DNA of 64,000 nucleotides from Dermatophilaceae bacterium (GCA_037045045.1 JBAOHL010000007.1:241950-305949); one strand, 5' to 3'; counted from the first letter of the stretch, positions 1 through 10,491 are shown. Translations and numbers: made by a program. Notes: generated from the sequence alone by a model not told the origin.

Positions 1-119
1 CGTATCGACAGGTGCACGCGAAGACCCTCGCCGGTCTCAAGGGGTCCTACGACCAGGTCCCCCAGTTGGAGGGTCGCGAGTCTCGGCTCGATCGGCCCTT
101 CCTCTCCCCGCAGGGCTGA
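1..119 (+). CDS. 3' end of an unidentified upstream gene (partial, runs off the window start)
   Basis: The frame beginning at nt 3 is open from the window edge to TGA 117-119 (YRQVHAKTLAGLKGSYDQVPQLEGRESRLDRPFLSPQG*), with GC-rich third codon positions. The stop lies 2 nt before the ATG of the CHAT gene, suggesting co-transcription. No domain is recognisable in 38 aa. Confidence 0.35.
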   Translation, partial: YRQVHAKTLAGLKGSYDQVPQLEGRESRLDRPFLSPQG

Positions 120-121
120 CC

Positions 122-3100
122 ATGTCCGACCTCGTCGATTCGGTCGCCGAGTCGACGTGCCCTCTGGTCGAGGCACGACCACACGCCACCGTGGAGATCC
201 CGGTCGTCCCGCGGCACCTGCGGCCGGCCGCAAGGACCACGCTGGACGTCCCGGATGTGTCGGACGTGTCCCAGACCCCGGACGCCCCGGACGTCCCGGA
301 TGTGTCGGACGTGTCCCAGACCCCGGACGCCCCGGACGTCCCGGATCCGCGCCGTACTTCGGCCGCGGCCCCGACGGCGCCCGCGACGGGGGCTGACCGG
401 AGGGCAGACGACCCGTCGGGCACCACGGGGATCTCGGACGCGTCCGAACCCCACGAGTCGCCGGAGCGCCCGTGGACCGAAGTCCGGGTCGCGCACGGCG
501 ACCTGCGTTTCGCCCGCGACCACGTCCTCGTCGGTCACTACCCCGGTGCGAGCATCTCGGGCGGTGAGGCTGCGCTCGACCAACTGCTCGGCGGACGGCT
601 GAGCCGGGCCGCCCAACTCGGGATCTACCCCGGGCCGGCCGAAACGTGCCAGGTCTTCACCGACCCGGCCGACTGGGCCAGCCCTCCCGGGGCGATCGTG
701 GCCGGCCTCGGCCCCATGGGAGAGCTCTCCGCAGCCACCCTGGCCCGGGCATGCGCGCATGCCGCGCTCACGGCGGCCATGGCCCGCCTGAGCACGGCCG
801 ACCGGCGGCGCGACGAGGACGCGCCGCCGGAGGTCCTCCAGCTGCGTCTCGCGTCCGTGCTCGTCGGCACCGGGGGGGCCGGCGGCCTGCCGGTCCGCGA
901 CAGCGTCCAGGCCATCCTCACCGGCATCCAACGGGCCAACGACCGATTGCGCGACACCGCCGTGCCTGTCCACATCGCGCGGGTCCAGTTCCTCGAACTG
1001 TGGCAGGACCGCGCCCTACAGGCCCTCGACGCGGTGCACAAGAGCCTGGCGAGCAGCGCTCTGGAGTACGCGTTCCTCGCCGAGCGCTCGCTGCGCGAGT
1101 TGCCCGGGCGCCAGCGCCGGCTCGTCTTCGGCGACTCGCCGGGGTGGTGGCAACGGGTCCGGGTCCGCTGCGAGAGCGACGGTGGCCTCACCTTCGAGGC
1201 ATCGATCCGCCGGGCCGGGGCGCCGATCCGGACCGTGCCGACCCAGCGCGCCCTCGTCGATCGCCTCGTCGAGCAGCTGGTTGACTCGCCGACTCCGGAC
1301 CCCGCTGCCGCGCGTGCTCTGTTCGAACTGCTCTTCCCCAACGACCTCAAGGCCAAGGCGCCGGACACCGACAACGTCGTCCTCGTCGTCGACCCCGACG
1401 CGGCCCGCTACCCATGGGAGCTGCTCGACGACCACGGGACCGAAGCCGGCCGGGTGCCGCTGGGCGTCCGTCGCGGGCTGCTGCGCCAGCTCGAGGGGTC
1501 CGCCATGCGAAGTCACGTCCTCTCGGCCACCAATGCCAGGGCCCTCGTCGTCGGCGACTCCGACTCGGGCCTGGCTCCGCTGCCGGCGGCCCAAGCCGAG
1601 GCCCGATCGGTGGCCGAGGCCCTCACCGGCCATGGGTTCCGGACCGAGTGCCTCGTCACTGCGTCGGGCCAGTCGGTCGTCCAGGCGCTCTTCGACGGCG
1701 CGTACCGGGTCGTGCACCTGGCCGGTCACGGTGTCTACCGCTTCCCCGTCGGCGACGGGCCTTCGTCCGGCGTCCACGCCGTCGGCGGAAGCCCCGACGG
1801 TGCAGTCCCCACGGTCACCGGCATGGTGCTAGGCCGGGGCATGTACCTCACGGCCGCCGAGATCGGCCAGATGCGCCAGGTGCCCGAGCTTGTCTTCGTC
1901 AACTGTTGTCACCTGGGCACCGTCGCCGGGGAGGACCGAGGATCTCGCCCCGCGGCCAACTTCCACAAGCTCGCGGCGAGCTTCGCGACTGAGCTCATCG
2001 CCATCGGCGTCCGGGCGGTCGTCGCCTGCGGGTGGGCGGTCGACGACGAGGCCGCCGGCGCTTTCGCGGACGCCCTGTATGCCGCGTTGCTCGACGGATC
2101 CCCGTTCGGCGAGGCCGTCAAGACGGCCCGGCGCACGACGTGGGAAGCCTTCCCCGACGTCAATACCTGGGGCGCCTACCAGTGCTACGGCGACCCCGAC
2201 TACGTCCTCGTGCTCGATCCCGGGGCCACCGCGTCGTCGCGTACCCACGACCTGGCCTGCCTGCAGGCCGCCGAGGTCGAGATCGAGAACCTCAGCCACG
2301 CCGTCGAGGTCACCAGGGACACCCGCGTCGGGCTGCGCCGGCTCGAACAGATCCAGTCCGTGCTGGCCGACGCCGGGCTGGACGGGCCGGGACTGCACAT
2401 CCACCTCGCTCGCGCCTACCACCGCCTCGGCAGCTACGAGAAGGCGTCGGGTCACTTCCAGGCGGTCCTCGACGCCGGTGGTTCGGCGCTGACCGTCGCC
2501 GACTTCGAGCTGTGGATCGACCAGGGGGTGCGCATCCTGACCAGTGGGCTCGATCCCGCGGCGATGACCGACCAGGCGGTGCAGACGATCGACGAGTCGA
2601 TCGGGGCGCTGCGGCGCTTCCTCGCGAACCCGACGACCATGGTGGCGGCCACTCCCACTGCCCCTGGCGATTTGCCCGGGCCGGCGGAGCTGGGGGAGCG
2701 GATCGGGATCGACCGCCTGTGGCGCGTCGCGAGCGCGTACAAGCGCCTGGCGCTGCTCACCTGTCCGGCCCGAGGCACCGGTCGGGCGCCTGCGGACGCG
2801 GACTGGACCCGGTGCCGCCAGGCGCTCGCGGACATGGCGGACTGGTATGCCGCGGCCAGCGGTGCCGCCCACCGGCTCGACTCCCGTCAGTACGGTGCCC
2901 TGGCCAACTCGCTCGTGGCCGAGGCCGCCCTGCGCTGGCGACCCGGGCCGGGCCGGGCGGCCCTGCCGCTGGCCGCCGGGCGGGCGGCCATCGCCAACGC
3001 CCGCGAGGGAGCCTGTCGCGCGGCCGACCACCGACCGACCTTCAGCGGCATCGTCGCCTGCGCGGACCTGGCCGCTCTCGAGGTGCTCTGGGGCGTCCGG

Positions 3101-3337
3101 CCCAGCGCCGCGGCGGCCGCGCCGGTGCTCGGGCTCTACCGCAGGGCAGCCCGAGTGGGCAGCGACGAGCAACTGCTCGCGATCCGCGACCAGGTCGACT
3201 TCTTGTGCCTCATGGCGGGCCGCTCGTCCAAGGGGCGCCGTGCCTTCCTCACTGCGCTGCGAGACGGGCTGGGCACTCTGAACCCTCCGGCGGGGGCACC
3301 GGCAACGGAGCAACCCGGGTCGCCGGTGGGCCGATAG
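122..3337 (+). CDS. CHAT-domain (caspase-like peptidase) protein with a repetitive Pro/Asp-rich N-terminus and a helical TPR-like C-terminal region
   Basis: 1071-aa ORF. It has a CHAT-type His/Cys dyad context: YRVVHLAGHGVY (His codon about 1727-1729) and ELVFVNCCHLG (Cys codons about 1904-1909). The C-terminal roughly 380 aa is alpha-helical with TPR-like segments (HLARAYHRLGSYEKASGHFQAVLD). Confidence 0.8.
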   Translation: MSDLVDSVAESTCPLVEARPHATVEIPVVPRHLRPAARTTLDVPDVSDVSQTPDAPDVPDVSDVSQTPDAPDVPDPRRTSAAAPTAPATGADRRADDPSGTTGISDASEPHESPERPWTEVRVAHGDLRFARDHVLVGHYPGASISGGEAALDQLLGGRLSRAAQLGIYPGPAETCQVFTDPADWASPPGAIVAGLGPMGELSAATLARACAHAALTAAMARLSTADRRRDEDAPPEVLQLRLASVLVGTGGAGGLPVRDSVQAILTGIQRANDRLRDTAVPVHIARVQFLELWQDRALQALDAVHKSLASSALEYAFLAERSLRELPGRQRRLVFGDSPGWWQRVRVRCESDGGLTFEASIRRAGAPIRTVPTQRALVDRLVEQLVDSPTPDPAAARALFELLFPNDLKAKAPDTDNVVLVVDPDAARYPWELLDDHGTEAGRVPLGVRRGLLRQLEGSAMRSHVLSATNARALVVGDSDSGLAPLPAAQAEARSVAEALTGHGFRTECLVTASGQSVVQALFDGAYRVVHLAGHGVYRFPVGDGPSSGVHAVGGSPDGAVPTVTGMVLGRGMYLTAAEIGQMRQVPELVFVNCCHLGTVAGEDRGSRPAANFHKLAASFATELIAIGVRAVVACGWAVDDEAAGAFADALYAALLDGSPFGEAVKTARRTTWEAFPDVNTWGAYQCYGDPDYVLVLDPGATASSRTHDLACLQAAEVEIENLSHAVEVTRDTRVGLRRLEQIQSVLADAGLDGPGLHIHLARAYHRLGSYEKASGHFQAVLDAGGSALTVADFELWIDQGVRILTSGLDPAAMTDQAVQTIDESIGALRRFLANPTTMVAATPTAPGDLPGPAELGERIGIDRLWRVASAYKRLALLTCPARGTGRAPADADWTRCRQALADMADWYAAASGAAHRLDSRQYGALANSLVAEAALRWRPGPGRAALPLAAGRAAIANAREGACRAADHRPTFSGIVACADLAALEVLWGVRPSAAAAAPVLGLYRRAARVGSDEQLLAIRDQVDFLCLMAGRSSKGRRAFLTALRDGLGTLNPPAGAPATEQPGSPVGR
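245..346 (+). repeat. 45-bp in-frame tandem repeat, 2 full copies plus a 12-nt partial third copy
   Basis: gacgtcccggatgtgtcggacgtgtcccagaccccggacgccccg occurs at 245-289 and identically at 290-334, then gacgtcccggat at 335-346. It encodes DVPDVSDVSQTPDAP twice inside the CHAT protein N-terminus. Confidence 0.95.
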
Positions 3338-3652
3338 CCGTCGGGATCGGACGACAGCCGACGCCGATTTGGGCTCGGCCCGGGGGGTCTGGCACACTAA
3401 TGCGGTTGCTTGACGCGTGGCGCGGTGCCCGGGGTTTCCGGGTGTGCGCCGCCGCCCCTCGACGGACGAGCCGATAGGCCCGGCCCGAGGGAAGCGCAAG
3501 CCCCGGTCACGGCCGGGCCACCGACACCGGATACCTCGGGCACGCATGTGCCGGTCTCCGGGCCTGGGACGGGCGCGACACGCCCGACCTCGGGGGTCGG
3601 GGGTCGGCCCTCGTCCGGGAAGGCACGTGTTGGCGAGAGAGAGACGGGACCC

Positions 3653-3961
3653 ATGGCGGGACAGAAGATCCGCATCAGGCTGAAGTCGTACGACCACGAG
3701 GTCATCGACAGCTCGGCCCGCAAGATCGTCGACACGGTGACCCGCGCCGGGGCGACCGTGGTGGGCCCCGTGCCGCTGCCGACCGAGAAGAACGTCTTCG
3801 TCGTCATCCGGTCCCCGCACAAATACAAGGACAGCCGGGAGCACTTCGAGATGCGCACCCACAAGCGCCTCATCGACATCATCGACCCCACGCCCAAGGC
3901 CGTCGACTCGCTCATGCGTCTCGACCTGCCCGCGGACGTCAATATCGAGATCAAGCTCTGA
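3653..3961 (+). CDS. rpsJ: 30S ribosomal protein S10
   Basis: The conserved N-terminus [15 protein letters not shown] starts at ATG 3653 within track ORF 3410-3961. It is 102 aa and is the first gene of the S10 operon. Confidence 0.97.
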   Translation: MAGQKIRIRLKSYDHEVIDSSARKIVDTVTRAGATVVGPVPLPTEKNVFVVIRSPHKYKDSREHFEMRTHKRLIDIIDPTPKAVDSLMRLDLPADVNIEIKL

Positions 3962-3971
3962 GGACACCGCG

Positions 3972-4625
3972 ATGAGCAACGCCACGACACGTGTCGTCAA
4001 GGGGGTGCTGGGCGAGAAGCTCGGCATGACCCAGGTCTGGGACGCCGACAACCGGCTCGTCCCGGTCACCGTCATCAAGGCCGGCCCCTGCGTCGTCACC
4101 CAGGTCCGCGGGGAGGCCGACGGGTACTCGGCGATCCAGTTGGCCTACGGCGAGATCGACCCCCGCAAGGTCAACAAGCCGACGAAGGGCCACTTCGAGA
4201 AGGCCGGGGTCACCCCGCGCCGTCACCTGCTGGAGCTGCGCACCGCCGATGCCGGCGAGTATGCCGTGGGCCAAGAGGTCACCGTCGAGGTCTTCGAGGC
4301 CGGCCAGTCGGTCGATGCCACCGGCACGAGCAAGGGCAAGGGTTTCGCCGGCGTGATGAAACGGCACGGCTTCTCCGGTGTCGGGGCCTCGCACGGCGCG
4401 CACCGCAACCACCGCAAGCCCGGGTCGATCGGCGCGTGCGCCACGCCGGGCCGGGTCTTCAAGGGCGTGCGGATGGCCGGCCGGATGGGCGGCGTGCGCC
4501 AGACCACCCAGAACCTCACCGTCCACGCCGTCGACGCCGACCGCGGCCTGCTGCTCATCAAGGGCGCTGTGCCGGGTCCGCGCGGCGGCATCGTCCTCGT
4601 CCGAACCTCGTCGAAGGGGGCGTGA
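3972..4625 (+). CDS. rplC: 50S ribosomal protein L3
   Basis: 217-aa ORF with L3 motifs ([14 protein letters not shown]) and the expected operon position after rpsJ. Confidence 0.97.
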   Translation: MSNATTRVVKGVLGEKLGMTQVWDADNRLVPVTVIKAGPCVVTQVRGEADGYSAIQLAYGEIDPRKVNKPTKGHFEKAGVTPRRHLLELRTADAGEYAVGQEVTVEVFEAGQSVDATGTSKGKGFAGVMKRHGFSGVGASHGAHRNHRKPGSIGACATPGRVFKGVRMAGRMGGVRQTTQNLTVHAVDADRGLLLIKGAVPGPRGGIVLVRTSSKGA

Positions 4626-4630
4626 GGGAC

Positions 4631-5278
4631 ATGACGAACAAGCTCTCCGTCGACCTGCCGGCCGACGTCTTCGATGTCCAGACCAACATCCCGCTCATCC
4701 ATCAGGTCGTCGGCGCGCAGCTGGCCGCGGCCCGGCAGGGCACCCACGCCACCAAGACCCGCGGCGACGTCCGCGGCGGTGGCCGTAAGCCATACCGGCA
4801 GAAGGGCACCGGCCGAGCTCGGCAGGGCTCGACACGTGCGCCGCAGTTCACCGGTGGCGGCGTCGTCCACGGCCCCCAGCCGCGCGACTACGCCCAGCGC
4901 ACCCCGAAGAAGATGAAGGCCGCAGCCTTGCGCGGCGCGCTGTCCGATCGGGCCCGGCACGGCCGGGTGCACGTCATCGAGGACCTCGTCGGCGGCACCG
5001 CGCCGTCGAGCGCGACGGCTGCCAAGGTCCTCGCCGCCCTCACCGACCGGACGAAGTTCCTCGTCGTGCTCGACCGCGCGGACCTCGTCGGCTTCAAGAG
5101 CGTCCGCAACCTCGGCGAGGCGCACGTGCTCGTCGCGGACCAGCTCAACACCTACGACGTCCTGTGTGCCGACGACATCGTCTTCACCAAGGCCGCCTTC
5201 GACGCGTTCGTCGGCGCGCGGTCGGCCGCTAGCGGCAGCGTCACCACCGCCACGGACGCCGGGGAGGACGAGAAGTGA
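4631..5278 (+). CDS. rplD: 50S ribosomal protein L4
   Basis: ATG 4631 ([16 protein letters not shown]) within ORF 4436-5278. L4 motif [19 protein letters not shown]. Confidence 0.95.
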   Translation: MTNKLSVDLPADVFDVQTNIPLIHQVVGAQLAAARQGTHATKTRGDVRGGGRKPYRQKGTGRARQGSTRAPQFTGGGVVHGPQPRDYAQRTPKKMKAAALRGALSDRARHGRVHVIEDLVGGTAPSSATAAKVLAALTDRTKFLVVLDRADLVGFKSVRNLGEAHVLVADQLNTYDVLCADDIVFTKAAFDAFVGARSAASGSVTTATDAGEDEK

Positions 5279-5574
5279 GCATCCACCGCAAGGACCCGCG
5301 CGACATTCTCATCGCACCGGTCGTCTCCGAAAAGTCCTACGGTCTGCTCGACCAGGGCAAATACACGTTCGTCGTGGACCCCCGCTCGAACAAGACCGAG
5401 ATCAAGATCGCCGTCGAGCAGGTCTTCGGCGTCAAGGTCGACTCGGTCCACACCCTCAACCGCACCGGCAAGGCTCGTCGCACCCGGTTCGGTATGGGCA
5501 AGCGCAAGGACACCAAGCGCGCCATCGTTACCTTGCGCGAGGGCAGCATCGACATCTTCGGCAGCGTCTCCTGA
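5275..5574 (+). CDS. rplW: 50S ribosomal protein L23
   Basis: 99-aa ORF overlapping the rplD stop by 4 nt. L23-like sequence (PVVSEKSY...YTFVVD...NKTEIK). Confidence 0.96.
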   Translation: MSIHRKDPRDILIAPVVSEKSYGLLDQGKYTFVVDPRSNKTEIKIAVEQVFGVKVDSVHTLNRTGKARRTRFGMGKRKDTKRAIVTLREGSIDIFGSVS

Positions 5575-5601
5575 CGCGGCAGCACCGGACGAGGACACAC
5601 C

Positions 5602-6438
5602 ATGGGCATCCGTAAGTACAAGCCGACCACCCCGGGCCGCCGCGGCTCGTCGGTGGCCGACTTCGCCGAGGTCACGCGCTCGACGCCGGAGAAGTCGCTG
5701 GTCCGGCCGCTGAGCAAGACCGGCGGGCGCAACAACTCCGGCAAGATCACCACCCGGCACATCGGCGGCGGGCACAAGCGCGCCTACCGGGTCATCGACT
5801 TCCGCCGCCACGACAAGGACGGCGTGCCGGCGACGGTGGCTCACATCGAGTACGACCCGAACCGCACCGCGCGGATCGCCCTGCTGCACTACGCCGACGG
5901 CGAGAAGCGCTACATCCTCGCGCCCCACCGGCTTCGCCAGGGCGACCTCGTCGAGAACGGCCCGTCGGCGGACATCAAGCCGGGCAACAGCCTGCCGCTG
6001 CGCAACATCCCCACCGGCACGGTCGTGCACGCCATCGAGCTCAAGCCCGGCGGCGGCGCGAAGATCGCCCGGTCGGCCGGGGCCCGGGTCCAGCTCGTCG
6101 CCAAGGACGGCCCGTACGCCCAGCTGCGGATGCCCTCCGGCGAGATCCGCAACGTCGACCTGCGCTGTCGCGCAACGGTCGGCGAGGTGGGCAACGCCGA
6201 GCAGAGCAACATCAACTGGGGCAAGGCCGGCCGGTCGCGATGGAAGGGCAAGCGCCCCACCGTGCGTGGCGTCGCGATGAACCCCATCGACCACCCCCAC
6301 GGCGGCGGCGAGGGCAAGACCTCCGGTGGCCGGCACCCGGTGTCGCCCTGGGGTCAGCAGGAGGGCCGCACCCGCCGGGCCCACAAGGAAAGCGACAAGC
6401 TCATCGTGCGTCGCCGTCGGACTGGCAAGAAGCGCTGA
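5602..6438 (+). CDS. rplB: 50S ribosomal protein L2
   Basis: 278 aa starting [15 protein letters not shown], with the HPHGGGEGK motif. Confidence 0.98.
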   Translation: MGIRKYKPTTPGRRGSSVADFAEVTRSTPEKSLVRPLSKTGGRNNSGKITTRHIGGGHKRAYRVIDFRRHDKDGVPATVAHIEYDPNRTARIALLHYADGEKRYILAPHRLRQGDLVENGPSADIKPGNSLPLRNIPTGTVVHAIELKPGGGAKIARSAGARVQLVAKDGPYAQLRMPSGEIRNVDLRCRATVGEVGNAEQSNINWGKAGRSRWKGKRPTVRGVAMNPIDHPHGGGEGKTSGGRHPVSPWGQQEGRTRRAHKESDKLIVRRRRTGKKR

Positions 6439-6456
6439 GCAAGGAGTCGTTGACAG

Positions 6457-6738
6457 ATGCCGCGTAGCCTCAAGAAGGGCCCCTTCATCGACGACCACCT
6501 CCAGAAAAAGGTGGACGTCCAAAACGAAGCGGGCACGAAGAACGTCATCAAGACCTGGTCGCGTCGGTCGGTGATCAGCCCCGACATGCTCGGGCACACC
6601 TTCGCCGTGCACGACGGGCGCAAGCACATCCCGGTGTTCGTCACCGAGTCGATGGTCGGGCACAAGCTCGGCGAGTTCGCCGCGACGCGCACGTTCAGGG
6701 GCCACATCAAGGACGACAAGAAGGGACGTCGGCGCTGA
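6457..6738 (+). CDS. rpsS: 30S ribosomal protein S19
   Basis: 93 aa starting [12 protein letters not shown], with [12 protein letters not shown]. Confidence 0.98.
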   Translation: MPRSLKKGPFIDDHLQKKVDVQNEAGTKNVIKTWSRRSVISPDMLGHTFAVHDGRKHIPVFVTESMVGHKLGEFAATRTFRGHIKDDKKGRRR

Positions 6739-7139
6739 TGGCTCCCACCGACAACGACCCTGCCGTCGCGGCCAAGGCCGTCGCCCGTCACGTCAGGGTC
6801 ACTCCGATGAAGGCCCGCCGGATCGTCGACCTCATCCGTGGCAAGAACGCCACCGAGGCCGTGTCCGTGCTCCAGTTCGCCCCACAGGCCGCCTCCGACC
6901 CGGTCCGCAAGGTCTTGCAGAGCGCCATGGCCAACGCCCGGGTCAAGGCCGACCAGCTGTCCGAGGCCTTCGACGAGCGCGCGCTCGTGGTGTCCGCGGC
7001 ATACGTCGACGAGGGTCCGACGATGAAGCGCTTCCGGCCCCGCGCGCAGGGTCGGGCGGCGCGGATCACCAAGCGCACCAGCCACATCACCGTCGAGGTC
7101 AGCCAGCCGGCGCTCTCGGCCAGGAAGGGAGCCCGCTGA
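6738..7139 (+). CDS. rplV: 50S ribosomal protein L22
   Basis: 133-aa ORF whose start overlaps the rpsS stop by 1 nt. L22-like sequence ([21 protein letters not shown]). Confidence 0.96.
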   Translation: MAPTDNDPAVAAKAVARHVRVTPMKARRIVDLIRGKNATEAVSVLQFAPQAASDPVRKVLQSAMANARVKADQLSEAFDERALVVSAAYVDEGPTMKRFRPRAQGRAARITKRTSHITVEVSQPALSARKGAR

Positions 7140-7969
7140 TGGGGCAGAAGGTCAACCCACACGGCTTCCGGCTCGGCATCACGACCGAGCACAAGAGCCG
7201 CTGGTTCGCCGACTCCACCAAGGAGGGCCAGCGCTACCGCGATTACGTCAAGGAAGACGTCGACATCCGCAAGCTCATGGCCAAGGGCATGGAGCGCGCC
7301 GGCATCTCCCGCGTCGAGATCGAGCGCACCCGTGACCGGGTCCGCGTCGACATCCACACCGCCCGCCCGGGCATCGTCATCGGACGCCGCGGCGCCGAGG
7401 CCGACCGGATCCGCGGCGAGTTGGAGAAGCTCACCGGCAAGCAGGTCCAGCTCAACATCCTCGAGGTGAAGAATCCCGAGATCGACGCCCAGCTCGTCGC
7501 CCAAGGGATCGCCGAGCAGCTCTCGGCGCGCGTGTCGTTCCGTCGGGCCATGCGCAAGGGGATGCAGTCGGCCCTGCGGGCCGGCGCCAAGGGCATCCGG
7601 GTGCAGTGCTCCGGTCGTCTTGCCGGCGCCGAGATGAGCCGTTCGGAGTTCTACCGCGAGGGGCGGGTCCCGCTCCACACGCTGCGCGCCAACATCGACT
7701 TCGGCTTCTACGAGGCCCGCACGACGTTCGGGCGCATCGGCGTCAAGGTGTGGATCTACAAGGGCGACCTCACTGCCCGCGAGCTGGCCCAGCAGCAGGC
7801 CGCGGCGCCGCGGCCGCCGCGCGGCCCGCGCCGCGACGGTCCCGACCGGCCCACCCGCGCCCGCCGTGACCGCGAGGGTATGCCGCGCGCCGACGAGGGC
7901 GGCGCCGTCGCCGTCGCCGTCGACACGGCCGAAGCGCCCGCCGCCGCGACCGAGAACGAGCAGGTCTGA
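7139..7969 (+). CDS. rpsC: 30S ribosomal protein S3, with an Arg/Pro/Ala-rich C-terminal extension
   Basis: 276 aa starting [15 protein letters not shown], containing KH and S3-C domain sequence. Confidence 0.97.
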   Translation: MGQKVNPHGFRLGITTEHKSRWFADSTKEGQRYRDYVKEDVDIRKLMAKGMERAGISRVEIERTRDRVRVDIHTARPGIVIGRRGAEADRIRGELEKLTGKQVQLNILEVKNPEIDAQLVAQGIAEQLSARVSFRRAMRKGMQSALRAGAKGIRVQCSGRLAGAEMSRSEFYREGRVPLHTLRANIDFGFYEARTTFGRIGVKVWIYKGDLTARELAQQQAAAPRPPRGPRRDGPDRPTRARRDREGMPRADEGGAVAVAVDTAEAPAAATENEQV

Positions 7970-7970
7970 C

Positions 7971-8390
7971 ATGTTGATCCCCCGTCGAGTCAAACACCGC
8001 AAGCAGCACCACCCGGGCCGCTCGGGCGCTGCCAAGGGCGGCACGACCATCGCGTTCGGCGACTACGGCATCCAGGCCCTCGAGCCGGCATACCTCACCA
8101 ACCGCCAGATCGAGGCCGCGCGTATCGCGATGACCCGCTACATCAAGCGTGGCGGCAAGGTGTGGATCAACGTCTACCCCGACCGGCCGCTGACCAAGAA
8201 GCCCGCCGAGACCCGGATGGGCTCGGGGAAGGGCTCCCCGGAGTGGTGGATCGCCAACGTCAAGCCCGGCCGAGTGTTGTTCGAGCTGTCCGGGGTGCAT
8301 GAGCCGGTGGCCCGCGAGGCGATGCGTCTGGCGATGCACAAGCTCCCGATGAAGTGCCGGTTCGTGCGTCGTGAAGGCGGTGACATCTGA
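7971..8390 (+). CDS. rplP: 50S ribosomal protein L16
   Basis: ATG 7971 ([13 protein letters not shown]) within ORF 7866-8390; 139 aa. Confidence 0.96.
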   Translation: MLIPRRVKHRKQHHPGRSGAAKGGTTIAFGDYGIQALEPAYLTNRQIEAARIAMTRYIKRGGKVWINVYPDRPLTKKPAETRMGSGKGSPEWWIANVKPGRVLFELSGVHEPVAREAMRLAMHKLPMKCRFVRREGGDI

Positions 8391-8707
8391 TGGCTGTGGG
8401 TACCAAGGACCTGGCCTCCGATCAGCTTCGCGGCTTCGACGACGAGCGGCTGACCGAGGAGTTGCGCAAGGCCAAGGAAGAGCTGTTCAACCTGCGCTTC
8501 CAGTCGGCGACCGGTCAGCTGGACAACCACGGTCGGCTGCGCGCCGTCAAGCGCGACATCGCGCGGATCTACACCGAGATGCGCGAGCGCGAACTGGGCA
8601 TCTCGGCGCCGCCGCAGGCCGCGGCCCCGACCGACGCCCCGGCGGACCGCAAGGCTGCCAAGGCCGCACGCAAGGCCGCCAAGGCGGCGGAGAAGGCGAA
8701 GTCATGA
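8390..8707 (+). CDS. rpmC: 50S ribosomal protein L29 with a Lys/Ala-rich C-terminal tail
   Basis: 105 aa. The L29 core reads [36 protein letters not shown], and the tail reads [19 protein letters not shown]. Confidence 0.93.
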   Translation: MAVGTKDLASDQLRGFDDERLTEELRKAKEELFNLRFQSATGQLDNHGRLRAVKRDIARIYTEMRERELGISAPPQAAAPTDAPADRKAAKAARKAAKAAEKAKS

Positions 8708-8991
8708 GCGAGATCGACAGCACCGCAGCGACGACCACCGAGCGTCGCCATCGCAAGACCCGACAGGGTTACGTCGTCAGCGACAAGATGGACAAGACCG
8801 TCGTCGTCGAGGTCGAGGACCGCGTCAAGCACCCCCTCTACGGCAAAGTCCTGCGGCGCAGCAGCAAGATCAACGCCCACGACGAGGCCAATGCCGCCGG
8901 CGTCGGCGACCGCGTCCTCATCATGGAGACCCGTCCCCTTTCGGCGACGAAGCACTGGCGGGTCGTGGAGATCCTGGAGAAGGCGAAGTGA
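8704..8991 (+). CDS. rpsQ: 30S ribosomal protein S17
   Basis: ATG 8704 (MSEIDS...[21 protein letters not shown]) within ORF 8371-8991, with an ATGA overlap on rpmC. Confidence 0.94.
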   Translation: MSEIDSTAATTTERRHRKTRQGYVVSDKMDKTVVVEVEDRVKHPLYGKVLRRSSKINAHDEANAAGVGDRVLIMETRPLSATKHWRVVEILEKAK

Positions 8992-9356
8992 TCCAGCAGG
9001 AGTCACGGCTGCGGGTGGCCGACAACACCGGTGCCAAGGAACTGTTGTGCATCCGGGTCCTCGGCGGCTCGGGACGACGGTATGCCGGGATCGGCGACAC
9101 CATCGTCGCGGCGGTCAAGGACGCCATCCCCGGTGGCAACGTCAAGAAGGGCGACGTCGTCAAGGCGGTCGTCGTGCGCACCGTCAAGGAGCGCCGCCGC
9201 CCGGACGGCTCGTACATCAAGTTCGACGAGAACGCCGCGGTCATCCTCAAGAACGACGGCGACCCGCGCGGGACGCGCATCTTCGGCCCGGTGGGCCGCG
9301 AGCTTCGAGAGAAGAAGTTCATGAAGATCATCTCGCTGGCCCCGGAGGTGCTCTGA
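8988..9356 (+). CDS. rplN: 50S ribosomal protein L14
   Basis: 122 aa starting [18 protein letters not shown]. Confidence 0.98.
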   Translation: MIQQESRLRVADNTGAKELLCIRVLGGSGRRYAGIGDTIVAAVKDAIPGGNVKKGDVVKAVVVRTVKERRRPDGSYIKFDENAAVILKNDGDPRGTRIFGPVGRELREKKFMKIISLAPEVL

Positions 9357-9357
9357 C

Positions 9358-9723
9358 ATGGCGAAGCTTCGGATCAAGAAGGGCGACCTCGTCCAGGTGA
9401 TCTCCGGCCGTTCGCAGAAGAACGGCGGCGACCGGGGCAAGCAGGGGAAGGTCATCGCGGTCTACCCCGACACCCAGCGGGTCCTCGTCGAGGGGATCAA
9501 CCGGGTGACCAAGCACGTGAAGGCGGGCGCGACCGCCCGGGGGACCCGTACCGGGGGCCTCGTGCACACCGAGGCGCCGATCCACCTGAGCAACGTCGCC
9601 GTGGTCGACCCCGACAGCAAGGCGCCCACCCGCGTCCGGGTGCGGGTCGAGACCGTACAGCGCGACGGACGGCCCAAAGCCAGCCGCACCCGGGTGGCCG
9701 TCCGATCCGGTAAGGACCTGTGA
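9358..9723 (+). CDS. rplX: 50S ribosomal protein L24
   Basis: 121 aa with KOW motif sequence ([14 protein letters not shown]). Confidence 0.95.
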   Translation: MAKLRIKKGDLVQVISGRSQKNGGDRGKQGKVIAVYPDTQRVLVEGINRVTKHVKAGATARGTRTGGLVHTEAPIHLSNVAVVDPDSKAPTRVRVRVETVQRDGRPKASRTRVAVRSGKDL

Positions 9724-10304
9724 GGCAGATGTCTGAGACCACCACCACCGCACCGGCGGAGCGGCCGAGACTCAAGGCGCGCTACCACGACGAGATCAAG
9801 GACGCCCTCTACCGGCAGTTCGGTTACGACAACGTCATGCGCGTGCCCGGCGTCGTCAAGGTTGTCGTCAACATGGGCGTGGGCGACGCCGCCAAGGACA
9901 GCAAGCTCATCGAGGGAGCGGTCCGTGACCTCACCGCGATCACCGGCCAGAAGCCCGTGGTCACCAAGGCGCGCCGTTCGATCGCCCAGTTCAAGCTTCG
10001 CGAGGGCATGCCCATCGGTGCGCACGCGACACTGCGCGGCGACCGGATGTGGGAGTTCCTCGACCGGCTGGTGTCGGTCGCCCTCCCGCGGATCCGGGAC
10101 TTCCGGGGCCTGGCGCCCAAGCAGTTCGACGGCCGGGGCAACTACACCTTCGGGCTCACCGAGCAGTCGATGTTCCACGAGATCGACCAGGACCGCATCG
10201 ACCGCGTGCGGGGCATGGACATCACCGTCGTCACCACCGCGACCACCGACGACGAGGGACGCGCCCTGCTCAAGGCGCTGGGCTTCCCGTTCAAGGAGAA
10301 CTGA
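9720..10304 (+). CDS. rplE: 50S ribosomal protein L5
   Basis: The ORF has L5 sequence ([15 protein letters not shown]...[17 protein letters not shown]). The start is either GTG 9720, overlapping the rplX stop, or ATG 9729. Confidence 0.95.
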   Translation: MRQMSETTTTAPAERPRLKARYHDEIKDALYRQFGYDNVMRVPGVVKVVVNMGVGDAAKDSKLIEGAVRDLTAITGQKPVVTKARRSIAQFKLREGMPIGAHATLRGDRMWEFLDRLVSVALPRIRDFRGLAPKQFDGRGNYTFGLTEQSMFHEIDQDRIDRVRGMDITVVTTATTDDEGRALLKALGFPFKEN

Positions 10305-10305
10305 C

Positions 10306-10491
10306 ATGGCCAAGACCGCACTCGTCAACAAGGCCAACGCCACACCGAAGTTCAAGGTCCGGGCCTACACGCGATGCCAGCGCTGCGGCCGGCCGCATTC
10401 GGTCTACCGCAAGTTCGGGCTCTGCCGCATCTGCCTGCGGGAGATGGCCCACCGTGGCGAGCTGCCCGGTGTGACGAAGAGTTCCTGGTAA
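10306..10491 (+). CDS. rpsN: 30S ribosomal protein S14, type Z (zinc-ribbon form, 61 aa)
   Basis: ATG 10306 within ORF 9862-10491. The sequence reads [46 protein letters not shown], with a CxxC...CxxC pattern. Confidence 0.96.
   Translation: MAKTALVNKANATPKFKVRAYTRCQRCGRPHSVYRKFGLCRICLREMAHRGELPGVTKSSW

Noticed and set aside
1829-4099. 756-aa antisense ORF overlapping the CHAT gene and rpsJ. Similar long antisense or alternate-frame ORFs occur elsewhere, e.g. 5152-6705, 18933-20852, 40775-43657, 46346-48370 and 57394-59181.
   Set aside because: These are typical stop-codon-poor shadow frames of a roughly 72% GC genome. Their translations are Arg/Gly/Pro/Ala-rich low-complexity sequence without recognisable motifs. 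They lie opposite or out of frame to genes with unmistakable conserved products.
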